From assembly GCA_905178155.1 (NCBI GenBank), contig CAJINV010000004.1:1661034-1725033 (forward strand): DNA of 64,000 nucleotides, given 5' to 3'. Shown piece by piece: positions 46,901-59,300 of the stretch (its first letter is position 1; every line of letters starts with the position of its first letter). The translations under genes were made by a program, and so were the position numbers. The notes under the pieces were generated by a model. That model was given only the letters and a program-made list of their open reading frames with translations, was not told the origin of the DNA and searched no databases. The DNA comes from Amoebophrya sp. A120. Taxonomy: Eukaryota > Protista > Dinoflagellata.

Positions 46901-49584
46901 ATCTCGGGCCCCGGTAAGGTTTTCCCGCCGCACAGGCCCCGGGGCCGGCCCAGTGCGGCGGGCTGTGGCCCAGGGCAAGCCACAGCCCGCTACCAGCTAT
47001 CACCCCCGTGCTGGCTCATTCGCGACGCCCCGGCCGCCTCACCACGCGGCACGCATGGCGCCAGGGCAGCAGCTCCGGGGACTTGCATGAGGCTGCGGGC
47101 TGAGTGATGATTTCTTGCGTGGCCTGTTTTCAGCGCGAATTGGTAGCCGTCGGGGCTTGTGAGTAGCTTGCAAAGCCAGCGGGGTGCCTGCACCTGCCAA
47201 CAGCCCCAAGACAGCCTGCACATGTGAAGCCTGGCGCCCTTGTTTGCGAGGCACGCTGCCGGACTCGGTCTATGTGTGTGCCTCTTCTGTCTGTAATGTG
47301 ATGAGGCCAGGGCTTCTATTGACAAACCCCCTAAACAGGCTTCGACGTGCGAAGCTATCTAGTTTCTGTGTGTGAATTTTCAACGCCATGTCTTTCCGCC
47401 TTGTTTTGCTTGCATCCATGGCAAACCTTGACACGCTGCGTCCCGTCATTTTCTTGCTCTACCAGTCCCGGTGGTGCGACGTTTGGCAATTTCCTGCGCA
47501 TTACTTAAAAAAACCATAAGCACCAGCGGCGTGCCGTGTGTCGGTCCGGGCGCCCCCGGGCTCATCCAAACGGCGCCTTGGCCGGGCCAGTTCATGGGGC
47601 CTATTTCGGGGCAGCCCGCCGGCGGATAAGCCAGGGGGGGGGCCCCCCCCGGCTTATCCGCCGGGGGGGCGGATAAGGATTTCATTGTTACCCCACTCAA
47701 ATTCCATTGTCATGCTGAATAAATTTGTAATGCGATTACTACTAGTAAGGTGCTTTTGCAATGCATAAAAGCCTACTTTGGCGACGCAACCTTCGCGGAG
47801 GCGTACGCGCGGACGGGGAGATATGGCGTTCTCAAACGTTACATTCTCAACTGTTACATGATTTGTCATGCAAAATTCCAACCAAAATCGACACGATCAA
47901 GCTGCTCGGCATGACAAATCCTCGAAAGGCCAAACAGGCTGAGAATCCGTGCCAAGTCTGTCATGCAAGAAGCGCAAAGTCACCCCTTTACTTTTGCCAT
48001 TCTTGCATCACAAATTCATGTAGCAGTTGAGAATGTATACAGTTGAGAGCGCCATAGGAGAAACGTGTCCATCTGGATTTCCTCGAATTTCAGCAAGGAG
48101 ATGCCGCGGTGCGTCATGCTAAACCACATTACCACCCCGCGCGTCACGCTCGCTTCCGCCATCGCAACCAGCTGCGCCGCGCCGGGCATCATGCAGCCGC
48201 GCGGGTTGTTTGAGAAGAAAACCGAGAACAAACTTACCCCTTTTCACGCGTTGGGGAGGCTGTTCTGGGACGGCTCGCTGACGGCGGAAGTGCCGAAGGA
48301 CTATTTGAGATCCTGCTTCGGCGTTATCGGTGGAGATGACTTGTGTACAAGATAGCTCCCGTTCCTTGTTCTCATTTCTCATGCACAACACGCAATTCAG
48401 GGGATTGTTTCTTTTTCTCTTCATTTTGCTCATGCATGACCATGATAAGTTTCCATTATAGACCAACGTGCAGGACGATAATCCTGCCCAAATTTGTGAT
48501 ACCGGGGCTGCATGCGCGTGTCGATGTCGATGTCCTTCCTGAGGACGCTTTTGTTGCATCTCATTCCCTCGTCCAAACGAGAGGATGAAAAAGTGGGAGT
48601 ACTAAGTAGTTGTGCACTCGCATAGGTGTCACCCAGTTCATCGTGTCGCAGGCCAACCCTCATGTTGCGCCCTTGTTGCAGCTGTGTTCCCGTTATGCAT
48701 TGCAAAAGTAACGCACTCGTCGTATAAATTGCATTACAAATTTTCGCAAGAACAAAAGTGGAATTTGTAATGCTGTTTTACCTTCGGAGGAAGATTTGTC
48801 ATGCATATTTGCAATTAGTATGAGCGTGCGATACTGTTGCAATGCATACCCATAAAAACTCGTCGAATTCGCTGAACATCGCGAAGTATCCTGTGCAAAA
48901 GTCTCGTACTCGTAGTAATTGCCATAATGCATGACAAATCTTGTCCTTAAGGTAAAACAGCACGACAAATTCCAGCTCTCATGCTGAGCAAATATGTAAT
49001 GCAATTTGTACTAGTACGATGGATACAATACTTTTGCAATGCATACGAAACTCCACGTCACCATTGCACACGACCTGCAACGGAGGACCCGCGTATTAGC
49101 TGAATACCAGTACCTCCCGGCCTTTTTCGGTCGCCAGATGCGGGGGGTGCTTTCCGCTGCGGGCCACCAGCAGTGGACAGAATATACGGATGGGATCACG
49201 CTTTTTCCCTCGGACCAAATGGGGTTGGCGTCATCCGTGAAAGAAGCGGTCACCAACCCCACGCCTGTCGAAATGGCAAGGTATTTTCAGATGGGGAAGC
49301 GCATGGCCTTGGACCACGCGGAGAAGTTGGCGGCTTTGTTGGAATATGAATTGCAAAAATAACGTACTAGTATAAATTGCAATACAAATTTTTGGCTCAG
49401 CATTACAAATTCAATTTGTAATGCGGATTTTCCTTAGGAGCCAGATTTGTATATGCATAAATGCAATTAGTACGAGCGCGATACTTTTGCACAGGATATG
49501 GAACCCGAGTACGCGATACGCACCGCGATTTTGACCGTACAACAGCTGCTGCAGGCCCAGGAACAGATTGAAGCGCAACAGTAG
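40960..49584 (+). CDS. Patatin-like phospholipase / SDP1-TGL-type triacylglycerol lipase with N-terminal TM segments (13 IEs)
   Basis: TALCLSGGG, PNVISGVSGGSIVA (GxSxG), FGDATFAEAYARTGR, LNHITTP...SAIATSCAAPG, WDGSL, FIVSQANPHVAP; stop TAG 49584. Confidence 0.88.
41308..41454. mobile_element. IE F2
   Basis: TSD tccgc/tccgc. Confidence 0.92.
41512..41775. mobile_element. IE F1 (reverse orientation vs 4837)
   Basis: TSD ggggt/ggggt. Confidence 0.92.
41841..42115. mobile_element. IE F1
   Basis: TSD ggtgt/ggtgt. Confidence 0.92.
42165..42360. mobile_element. IE F2-related
   Basis: TSD ggttt/ggttt. Confidence 0.88.
42799..42956. mobile_element. IE F2
   Basis: flanks ttcac/ttctc. Confidence 0.88.
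43061..43273. mobile_element. IE F4
   Basis: flanks tccga/cccga. Confidence 0.9.
43829..44099. mobile_element. IE F6-related, decayed
   Basis: flanks ggacc/ggatc; frame restored. Confidence 0.75.
45536..47767. mobile_element. IE F2 carrying a nested ~2.1-kb element
   Basis: TSD aaagc/aaagc; joins TLK|AYFGDATF. Confidence 0.9.
45623..47698. mobile_element. Nested TIR element (GAGTGGGGTAACAATGAAATCCTTATCCGCC...), hairpin-rich ends; contains N gap 45698-45742
   Basis: Long inverted repeats at 45623 and 47698. Confidence 0.8.
47822..48056. mobile_element. IE F5
   Basis: TSD ggaga/ggaga. Confidence 0.92.
48325..48624. mobile_element. IE, decayed TIR
   Basis: flanks ggcgt/ggtgt; joins CFGV|TQFIVSQ. 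Confidence 0.8.
48694..48848. mobile_element. IE F2
   Basis: flanks cccgt/cccat. Confidence 0.88.
48887..49045. mobile_element. IE F2
   Basis: flanks cgaag/cgaaa. Confidence 0.88.
49345..49498. mobile_element. IE F2
   Basis: TSD tggaa/tggaa. Confidence 0.92.
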
Positions 49585-50323
49585 AAGATAGGTTTTGCCG
49601 GCGTCGTGAAAGCAACGAAAGTGCACGCAAAACAGCATTGCATTTCTGCCTACGAAAAATTGCTACTGGCTCAAATAAAGGTAGTACACCGTCTGATGTA
49701 GTAGGTAGCGCAAAGACGATACTTCAAGCATGGGTACTTCACAACGCGAAAATTTCAAGTCGTTTGATTGTGATGTAATACGGGTTCCCGTGCTTATTTC
49801 GTGTCATCGAATGTCCTACTCTTATCGTACTAACTCGGAGCTCAAAGTACACTTTTCGTTTCGCGAGTGTTGAGCCAGACTTCACCTACAAGCTCGAGAG
49901 AGCTGTCGTCGTCGTTGTCGTCCCCGGTCTTCGCGGAAATCGTTATCGGATCGACAAAGAAAACATCGGCATTTTCGAGGACGGACAGATCGAACAAGAA
50001 TGTTTTTCCAAGGAGGACTGTCTGGACCAGAGGTGATGACGTGTTGAATATATACAGTAACCCAACTGGCGATAAACGTGCACGTACAAGAAACAACTAG
50101 AACGCCTGGATGCAGCAGCCCGCTCAGGGAATTCTACTATCTAGTTACCTTGCGTTTAGATGTCAACGTCTGTTGTTGAAAGTGGACTATTTATGACACG
50201 ACGATGTCCACTTCAGCACGTGCTGTTTCTACAACCCAAGACATCTTCTCGTGGTCCTCGGGCTTGTCGCAGAGTGCACATTTTCATTCAAGAAAGCCGC
50301 CTGGCAAAAATTTTCAGCATAAA

Positions 50324-53300
50324 ATGAACATGAGCTACTTCTTCTTTCTGTACACCGCATTATTTTCCTGTTTTATTTCCTTCGCAGACGCTTTTCTTCG
50401 GCACGAAGAGAGCTACGAAAAGGTGGTACTTCCCGACGGATTTTTGAACGAACAGCGGGAAAGCCGCGACAAGGCGTGGAAGCCACGACAAGGAGGGAGC
50501 GGGTCGCTTCCCACTGTCACTAATCGACCACCAGAACAACAACCAGCGGGAGATCGAGATTTTGGATATGACGAGCGCGCGCAGCAAAGTATTGCAGAAG
50601 CCGCGCAAGGTGACTATTCGAGGCTTGATGTTGTTTCAGGGCACCACCGTGAATCTGATCAGGTCCAGAGAAGCCGCGCTTCTAGTAAAAGAGCTCATGA
50701 AGAACATAAAGGTACTACAAGAACCAGTGAAAGTGAAAGGGACAGTACCTCCAGGCAAGTAACTGCTTTGACAAAGAACCACAGAAGGGCCGCTTCGCCT
50801 TCGGCACAGCGGACAGCCAATTATATGGTTTCGGAGGACAAGACAAGAACCCCGGTCGGGACCACACCAAGAGCACTCCCTCCGCCCTCCGCCTTGCTCC
50901 AGAAAGAAGAGCGAAGAGGTGGCGTGCGGCGCACAGGTACTAGCGGGCTGGTGCAACTAGTACACGAAAACAAAGTACATCAAAATTATGCAGAAGGGGG
51001 TGGTCGCGAGCAGCAGTATAACAAGAACTTCGCGCAGATAAGTAGTGGACATGGAAATAAAGCAGCGACTACTTCTGGAAGTACCTCTGACAAGAAAATA
51101 ATCGATTGGTGGACGCAGCAGACGACCATGAACAACAGAAACACGGATTCGAATTACGGCTTCACTTCGACTTCCAACGACCCGTTTTACTATGGCTACG
51201 ACGGATCCGCCACGAATGGCGACTACACCAACTCCGATAATAATTACTACGATAGTACAACCCCTCTGGCCAGCGGATCTCCTTCGTCCTATCCGGACGC
51301 GACGAAAAATTCCTACACAGCGGATTACTACTATAACAACGATAACATCAACACCCCGGTTTTCCCCGTGTTCTACGGCTTGGTGGGCGGCGTCTGGCTT
51401 TGGTGGCACCATTTCTGGTCGGTTGCGCTCGGGCTGCGCGCGCCGCCACTTTCCAGTTATGAGTGGAGGTAGACTTTTTTGCTATAATGTGGTGAAGAAG
51501 TAGTAGGAAATCAAATGATATTATCCTTCATTCATCTTCAGGACAACAACATTTATTTTAATTATGTCTCGTGTCGGTGTCTGACAAAGAAAGAAGCGTC
51601 CTGCTTACTTGTTTTACAGAGCCGCCGCCGAGCGCCAAGCGCGGCGTACTGCGGAGAAACAGGGTCCCTGCTACATATCCGTCGCCGAGCGGCAGAGCTG
51701 TCCCGTGCCGGCCGTCGACCTCGGCATGAGTAACACGGTGGAATCTTGCATGAAAAAGGCACACAGGTGCGTGCAAACCGGTTGCTATGGGCGGATGGAC
51801 ACAACACCCGGGGCCGGGGGACTTAATTACATCGCTGGAACAAACAATTACGCCCTGCAGCAAACCGCCATATCAGGTGGAACAACTACAGACGGCACCA
51901 CGTCGGCGGCTTCTAGTAGCACTAGCGTCCCGGACACCATTTCGTTCGGACGCCCCGAGTTCCCCGGGTCGGCTTTCCGCTGCTTACTGAAGAAAGCGAA
52001 CACCGTATCAAAGAAAAAAACTTTGCAGGTGTAACTTTTTTGGAGGAACAGCATTACAAACAAGGTCCGAGCACGGGGACAGAGTCCCCGTGCGGCGACC
52101 TTCCGGCATTTGTCTGCGCGGTGGCACTGGGCAGGCAGGTCGCTCGCAGCTAGGTATCTCGGTGCGCCTTGCATCCAATGACCCGCGACGGGCCTCCTGC
52201 GGACACGGCTCCCTTGGTTGCGCGCACTAGATTCATTAGCCTGCCGCGCGCAAAGATAAAAAGAAAAGAAGAAACTGACGCCGGGTCTGCAGCCGGGCGG
52301 CCCCCAGGTTATGGCGCTGCGACAGAGCCCCCGCATTGCCCTAGGGCTTCTCTTTGCCCCCTCCTTGGCCGCCCGGTGTGGTTCCCGGGGAGCGCTTACA
52401 GCTGGCCCCTAGGCCATGGCGCGGGGGCCGAGTCCCCGCTTTGGCCTAGGGTTTTCGGCCCTTGGCCGCACGGTGTCCGGGGAGCGCTCCGAGCTGGCCC
52501 CTAGGCCATGACGCGGGGACCGAGTCCCCGCGTTGGCCTAGGGTTTTCGCCCCTTGGCCGCACGGTGTCCGGGGAGCGCCCAAAGCTGGCCCCTAGGCCA
52601 TGACGCGGGGACCGAGTCTCCGCGCTTTCGCCCCTTGGCCGCACGGTGTCCGGGAAGCGCTTACAGCTGGCCCCTAGGCCATGACGCGGGGGCCGTCCGA
52701 GTCCCCGCGCTGGCCTAGGGCTTTCGCCCCTTGGCCGCACGATGTCCGGGAAGCGCTTCCAGCTGGCCCCTAGGCCATGACGCGGGGACCGAGTCCCCGC
52801 GCTGGCCTAGGGCTTTCGCCACTTGGCCGCACGGTGTCCGGGAAGCGCTTACAACTGGCCCCTCGGCCATGACGCGGGGACCGAGTCCCCGCGCTGGCCT
52901 AGGGCTTTCGCCCCTTGGCCGCACGGTGTCCGGGAAGCGATTACAGCTGGCCCCTAGGCCATGACGCGGGGACCGAGTCCCCGCGCTGGCCTAGGGCTTT
53001 CGATCGCCCGGCCCCTCGGGCGCACGGTGTCCGGGAAGTGCTTACACCTGGCCCCTAGGCCATGACGCGGGGACCGAGTCCCCGCGCTGGCCTAGGGCTT
53101 TCGATCGCCCCTTGGCCGCCCGGTGTCCGGGAAGGAGGCGCTTAGCTACAGCTGGCCCCTAGGCCATGACGCGGGGACCGAGTCCCCGCGCTGGCCTAGG
53201 GCCTTCGCCCCGTGGCCGCACGGTGTCCGGGAGCGAAGCGCTTACAGCTGGCCCCTAGGCCATGACGCGGGGACCGAGTCCCCGCGCTGGCCTAGGGCTT

Positions 53301-56300
53301 TCGCCCCTTGGCCGCACGGTGTCCGGGAAGCGCCTACAGCTGGCCCCTAGGCCATGACGCGGGGACCGAGTCCCCGCGCTGGCCTAGGGCCTTCGCCCCG
53401 TGGCCGCACGGTGTCCGGGAGCGAAGCGCTTACAGCTGGCCCCTAGGCCATGACGCGGGGACCGAGTCCCCGCGCTGGCCTAGGGCTTTCGCCCCTTGGC
53501 CGCACGGTGTCCGGGAAGCGCTCAAAGCTGGCCCCGAGGCCATGACGCGGGGACCGAGTCCCCGCGCTGGCCTAGGGCTTTCGCCCCTTGGCCGCACGGC
53601 GTCCGGGACGGAAATGGTCACAGCTGGCACCTAGGTCATGGCGCGGGGACATAGTCCCCGCGGTGACCTAGGGCTTTCGATCGCCCCTTCGCCGCACGGT
53701 CTCGCGTGACTGACAGACTGGGCTTCGGGTCCAAACCCGGCATGACAAAGTCCGAAAGGTTGGCCGGGGTGTGTCCGAAAGTCTGCCCGGGGTGTGTCCG
53801 AAAGTCTGCCCGGGGTGTGTCCGAAAGTCTGCCCGGGGTGTGTCCGGGGTGTGTCTGGGGTATGTTCGGACTTTTTGCCTGGGGTATGTTCGGGGGTCTG
53901 TCTGGGGTATGTCTGGGGTTTGTCTGGGGTGTGTCTGGGGTATGTTTATACCCCACCTGTTGGCTTTTCGGCATAAAATTGTAGTCCGCCCGTGATTGAG
54001 GAGCATTTGCATACCCCTGACACACCCCCGAACATACCCCCGAACATACCCCTCGCATGCATTTTTGACCAGCTGCTGCAGTTTAGATAGTAATCCGTCT
54101 GGCATGACAGCAAAAATCTGTCATGCGCAGATAGTACGTGAAAACGCCCCTTAATGGACCCTACGATGCATGCCAAGCATGACAAACGCAATCATCTTGC
54201 ATGTTGCGCATCACAAATTTACACTAGCAGCGTTTTTTTCTTGGATACACCGGTTGCTACGGGCGGTTGGTGCCGGACGACCGGTTTGACACCTTTTTGC
54301 TCACTTCCTGCCGATATCAACTGCAAAAATCCCTGGATGTCTGGAAGAGTCGGGGCTTCTCATGCACATTTTGCATGACCCGTGAGGTCTGTGATGCTGG
54401 GGCTAGCATCCATTACAGATTTTTTGAGAGCGTCTTGATGCTAATTACGCATTAGAAATGTTGCCCTCTCTGCGTGCCAAGAGCTGACTCCTCTTGCTGC
54501 TCATGCAACACAGACATTTTTAGAATCCGCAGACAGCATTACAAGTTCCACTCTTCCAGACCCAGGCACTTTTTCAATCCATAGCCGACGCGCCCTGCCG
54601 AAGACGCAGGTGTGCCTGACCAAACTGGAACACGGGCAGTACTGTCGCGCACCCATGATCTACACGGGCAAAGCCCGGACGCCGGCGGAGTGCGCGCTGC
54701 ACATCCGGAAACAGGGGAGTAAGTTCGTGTACGGAGATTTCGGGCCGTATGGCGTTCTCAAATGTCATATTTTCAACTGTTAAGTACATGATTTGTCATG
54801 CAAAAACAAAATCACATATCAGAATCGACACGATCAAGCTGCTTCGCATGACAGATTCTCGAAGAGCCAAACAGGTTGAGAATCTGCGCCAAATCTGTCA
54901 TGCAAGACGCGCAAGATCACCCCTTTGACTTTTGCCATTCTTGCATTACAAATTCATGTAACAGTTGTTCTTGTAGCATTTGAGAACGCCATAGGCCGGA
55001 CGCCGGAGGTTGTTACGAACTGTTCGACGACGGCGGTGAAGGGGTTTTGACGTCATTGTCCACAAGAACCACATTATTCGGTGGAGGTGGTGTTGTATCC
55101 AGGAAAAACACCCAGCGGCCCCATCCAATTTGTCATGCAAAACATGCATAAACTCCTGCGTTTGATGTCATGCAGAAAATGGATGGGGATCATGGGTGTT
55201 TTTTCATGGATAGGGTACTAGCACAAATTCCTACTCCGCGTCTCTCTTCGACGAGCCGGATGAATTCGCGGACTCTTCGTGCACTCTAGGCTTAGCTATC
55301 CTGTGCAAAAGTATCGTACCCGTATTGCAGGCATGCATTACAACTTTTTTTCTCAAGGTAAATCTGCATTACAAATTTTATTTCTCATGCTGAGGAATGC
55401 GATACTTTTGCAGTTCATATTGGCGCTAGACGTACATTACGACATGTACCGGGTATCAGACTGTGTAGGCATGCAGATCAAATCACCATGTAGAGCTCAT
55501 GACACGCTGCAAACACGATGCAAATCCCACCTGAAATCCACGATCTGAAATCACATCCAAGAGCGAAGAGCGATGCAAATCGAGAGATGATGATGTGATG
55601 ATGATGATGAACTTGTTCCTTTCCCCAATGCAACAGTAACGTGGACATACTAGCAGTAGGGTGCACACCGCCCTACATGGTGGTTAGTGTGTTCTAACAA
55701 TCTTGAGCCCTGTGCTTAGAGAGCTAAACCCCCCGGGTTTAGTTATAATTTTTTTGTTTATCCCCTTGAGTTTTACACTTGGACGCGCCTAGTTTTAGAC
55801 TTTGAAAAATTTCGAAAAACTAGGAACCACAAACATGGCCACCGGCAACGAGAAGGATCCCCCGCCGAAGATGGCCACGAAGTTGGAGGCGGCGGAAGAT
55901 TGGGCGCGCTGGAGTTTTGACCTCTTCCGCATCTTGGAAGGGTACCCGCGCAACCCGCCCCCGACCTCCACCGCCGTCGGCGCCTCCTCTTCTTCCTCCG
56001 CCCCGTCCTCGGGAGCTGGTACAGCCTGGAAGGATTGGGCCGAACTTTATGCGGATTACCGGAAGGATATCGCTAGCGGCACGGATATCCCGACCGCCTT
56101 GGCGAAAATCGAAACCGCTCCCAGTTGGAACAGCTGGACCGCGAAACCGCTCGCCGCCATGATTTCGCAAAGTTGTGGACCGGACCCCCACCAAATTTTG
56201 CGCGCGATCACCGGCCCGCAGCCTACGCACCTGCTTCGCATGGTTTGGGCGCTCGAAAATAAGTACGCCAGTCAGAAGATGGCCACCCGCTTCGCTGCTG

Positions 56301-59300
56301 TCGTGGAACTTATCCGCATGCGGATGAACCCCGGCGAGTTTGCGGACGAATACGCTAACCGCGTGCGCGCTGTCTTCCGCGAGAAGCTTGGCGGAAAAAT
56401 TTTGCTGCCTGAGTTCTTAGCCGGCTGCATTTTGTCCGGACTTCCCGACAACTTCGCCCCGACCGTTGCCACGCTCATGGCCAACGAGGTGACCGACGCC
56501 GACCGCATCACCACCACCCTCCGCGAGTTCCAGCGCGTTGCCGGCGAAACCAAGACCGAAGACAGCAAGGCCAACAGCGCCAAGGTTGTCGCCTTGGAGA
56601 AGAGCCAGGAAAAATTGCGGAAGGAGTTGGCAAGCGTTAAGGCGATCGCCAACAAAGGCAAAGGCAAAACGCAGAAGCCGGAGGACACCCAGAAGGCTAA
56701 GCGCTGCCAATTTTGCCGGCACAAGGGCCACGACGTGAGCGAGTGCCGCAAGAAGAAGGCCGCCGACGCGAAGAAGACCGCGAGCGGAACCCCGCCCGGC
56801 ACCGGTAAGAACAAGAAGGCAGGAGCGAACTGCGCGCGCGTTTTCCCGCTGCAGGTCACCGCCGAGGACGAAACCACCAACAAGCGCCCGCGCGCCCGGT
56901 CGGGTTCTTTGTCTTCTGTTGCCTCCCTGCTCTCCTCCTCGGAATCCCAGGAGCAGACGACCGCGAGCAACACCAAGAAGGCAAACACCAACAGCGCCGC
57001 CGCTGTTGTCGTCCACACCGCCGAAAAGAAGACCGCGACCGCCCCCGTCCAGCTTCCGGAGCTGAATGGGATCACCAACGGCGTCACGGTGGGAAAGAAG
57101 AAAAACACGCCTTGGGGCTTGTCGGATACCCTGCCCATGTTTGTGCGCGAGCACGAGCATCGGATGGCCACCGATGAGAACTATGCGAGAAAGGCGGTCG
57201 AGTTGCCTTACACTCTTGCAGGAGAAAAGGCGGAACAAGTTCGAAAGTTCTACGAAACGCGTCAACCACAGCAAAACAAGAACAGTGTGAACCAGGGATA
57301 CTGCGAGCGTGCTCCGCTCGGTGTGCGTTCTCCGCACCTAAAAACAGTCAATTTTTACTTGGCCAGTGTTCTGCTCGCTCTGCTTCTGTCGGTTTTGTGG
57401 TTCTTCGTGTTTGTGTGTTTTACGTTTTTGAACTGCCCCACCCTCGTGATTGGAAGTCCAATCTACCGATTTACATCGTGTCTTGCGAAAGCTGCGACGC
57501 AAATCTGGAATCTTTTCGGTCCCTGCCCCCCCAAGATTTTGAAGAAATTCGGAATCTCACTCCCCCGGAATTCTTTCAAGAAATTGAATCCCAGGAGGTT
57601 GCTACGACTTCCCTCGTATGCCGCCGGTTGTGCCGCGTATACGAGTCTTCCGAACGTCCTTAACTCCTCCAGGCACGCGCGCGCGCACTTCGTGCAGCAG
57701 CCGAAAGCCAAGGATGGACTTCGAGTTTTGAAAGTCATCACGGACAGTGGTGCTACCCACCACATGTTCCCGCATGAGTCAATGTTTGAGAGCTTTACAG
57801 GAGAAACCGTGAGTCTCACAACAGCTGACGGCGAATGCTCAGAGCCTGCGAAAATCGGAATTCTCAAGCCCAATAACTTGGGTGCCCGGGTTGCGTTGTA
57901 CCACCCTGCGTTGCAGGTTTGCCTGCTTTCTGTCGAAACGATGGCGCAGGATGGTGGATCGTACTACCACGCGAAAGAAGAACGATGGATCCAGGATGCC
58001 TCGGGCTATCGCCACACGGTCAAAATACGCCAAAAGCTTCCTTGCGTGGGTTTCTACCTCTTGGAAGGCGAGGCGTTGGCGAACGTGATTGGAAACCAGA
58101 ACTCCTGCTCCGCCTTGCGGTTACACCAAAGGCTTGGGCATTTAGGAGTTCAAGGCATCAAGGTTCATTGCCCTGACTGCGCTGTTTCTAAGTCCTATGG
58201 TTCTCAACAGCATCGAAAGGTCCGCCCCGCGACCTATCTCCACAAGGAGTGGATGGACCAAGTTGAGACGGATTTCTTCTCCGGAGGATTACCCGCTTCC
58301 ATGGATGGGAACACAATCTGCATTACGCTCCGGGACTCAGCCACAGACTGGCTCGAACCTTGGGGCATTACAGACAAAGCGCAATGTGGCAAGGTCCTTC
58401 GGGACTTTGCGACACAGGTCGGGGTCCCCAAGGTCGCTCGTTGTGACAATGAGCCCGTGCTCAAAGGCATGGAAGGACCATGGAAAGAAGCCTGTCGGGA
58501 AATCAATTGCGTCGCTGGCCACAGCGTTCCACGAGAGCCGCAAGGCAATGGGAACGTGGAGCGCTGGCACAGAACCCTTGGGGACGGTCTTCGGGCCAAC
58601 CTTCAAGGAGTAGATCCCCGGCTCTGGGATTGGTGTGCGCGCTACGTTGCGTATGTCAAGAACCGAGTGCAGCGGAAAACCAAGTTCCCCGCCCCTTTCT
58701 ACAAGCGTTTTGGTCGTCAGGCTGATGTCAAACACCTTCGCCGCTTTGGGTGCGTTGCGTACGTTCGCAAGCACATTCCAAGCGACAAAGCCGAGAGCAC
58801 GAAGTTGGTTGACCGCTATGAAAAGGGAATCTTCCTCGGATACTCCAGGGAGTCAAGCTCGTACGTGGTAGGTGTTTTCCACCATGATGCACGCGCAAAG
58901 AGCGGCCAGAGATGGACGACAGTCGAATCTCGGTCGGTCAAGTTCGACGAGGACACGTTAGTGCCCAACGTCAACGCCCTTCGGAAACCGGATAAAGAAC
59001 CGTCGCAGAGGCAAGCCCCAAACGCCGACGATTCCGCTGGAGCAGTGAGAAGCGATTCCGATCGCCTTCGCGCCGCGCTTGAGGAAGTCGAAAAGCGTTG
59101 GAAGCAAACTTCTGAGGGGGTTGAAGAACCGGCTCTGAAACGGAGAAAAACGGAGTCGCCCCCCCCGGCGCCGGAAACGGCCCAGGGCGGAGACAAAGAA
59201 AACGAGTCTGCCGGAAGTCCCACCGACGGCGACGGCCGTGGTGCGGCGCCCGCAGATGGTCCCGCGCAGGAAGGAGGAAACTCAGCTCCTGTCGCCCCAC

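Larger units (their letters stand above)
52006..54247. mobile_element. IE F4 carrying a ~2.0-kb satellite-containing insert (52061-54091)
   Basis: TSD caccg/caccg; both halves match intact 14987-15195. Confidence 0.9.

Noticed and set aside
45743-47620. Autonomous transposase for the IEs within the nested element
   Set aside because: Only short ORFs without a recognisable DDE or other catalytic motif; no IE mobiliser can be identified in this window.
52372-53700. CRISPR-like array
   Set aside because: Units are contiguous near-identical tandem repeats with no unique spacers; no cas genes; eukaryotic context.
25670-55424. Apparent excess of synonymous differences between the two TSD copies
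   Set aside because: About half of the single-mismatch cases; too few to distinguish from chance by eye.
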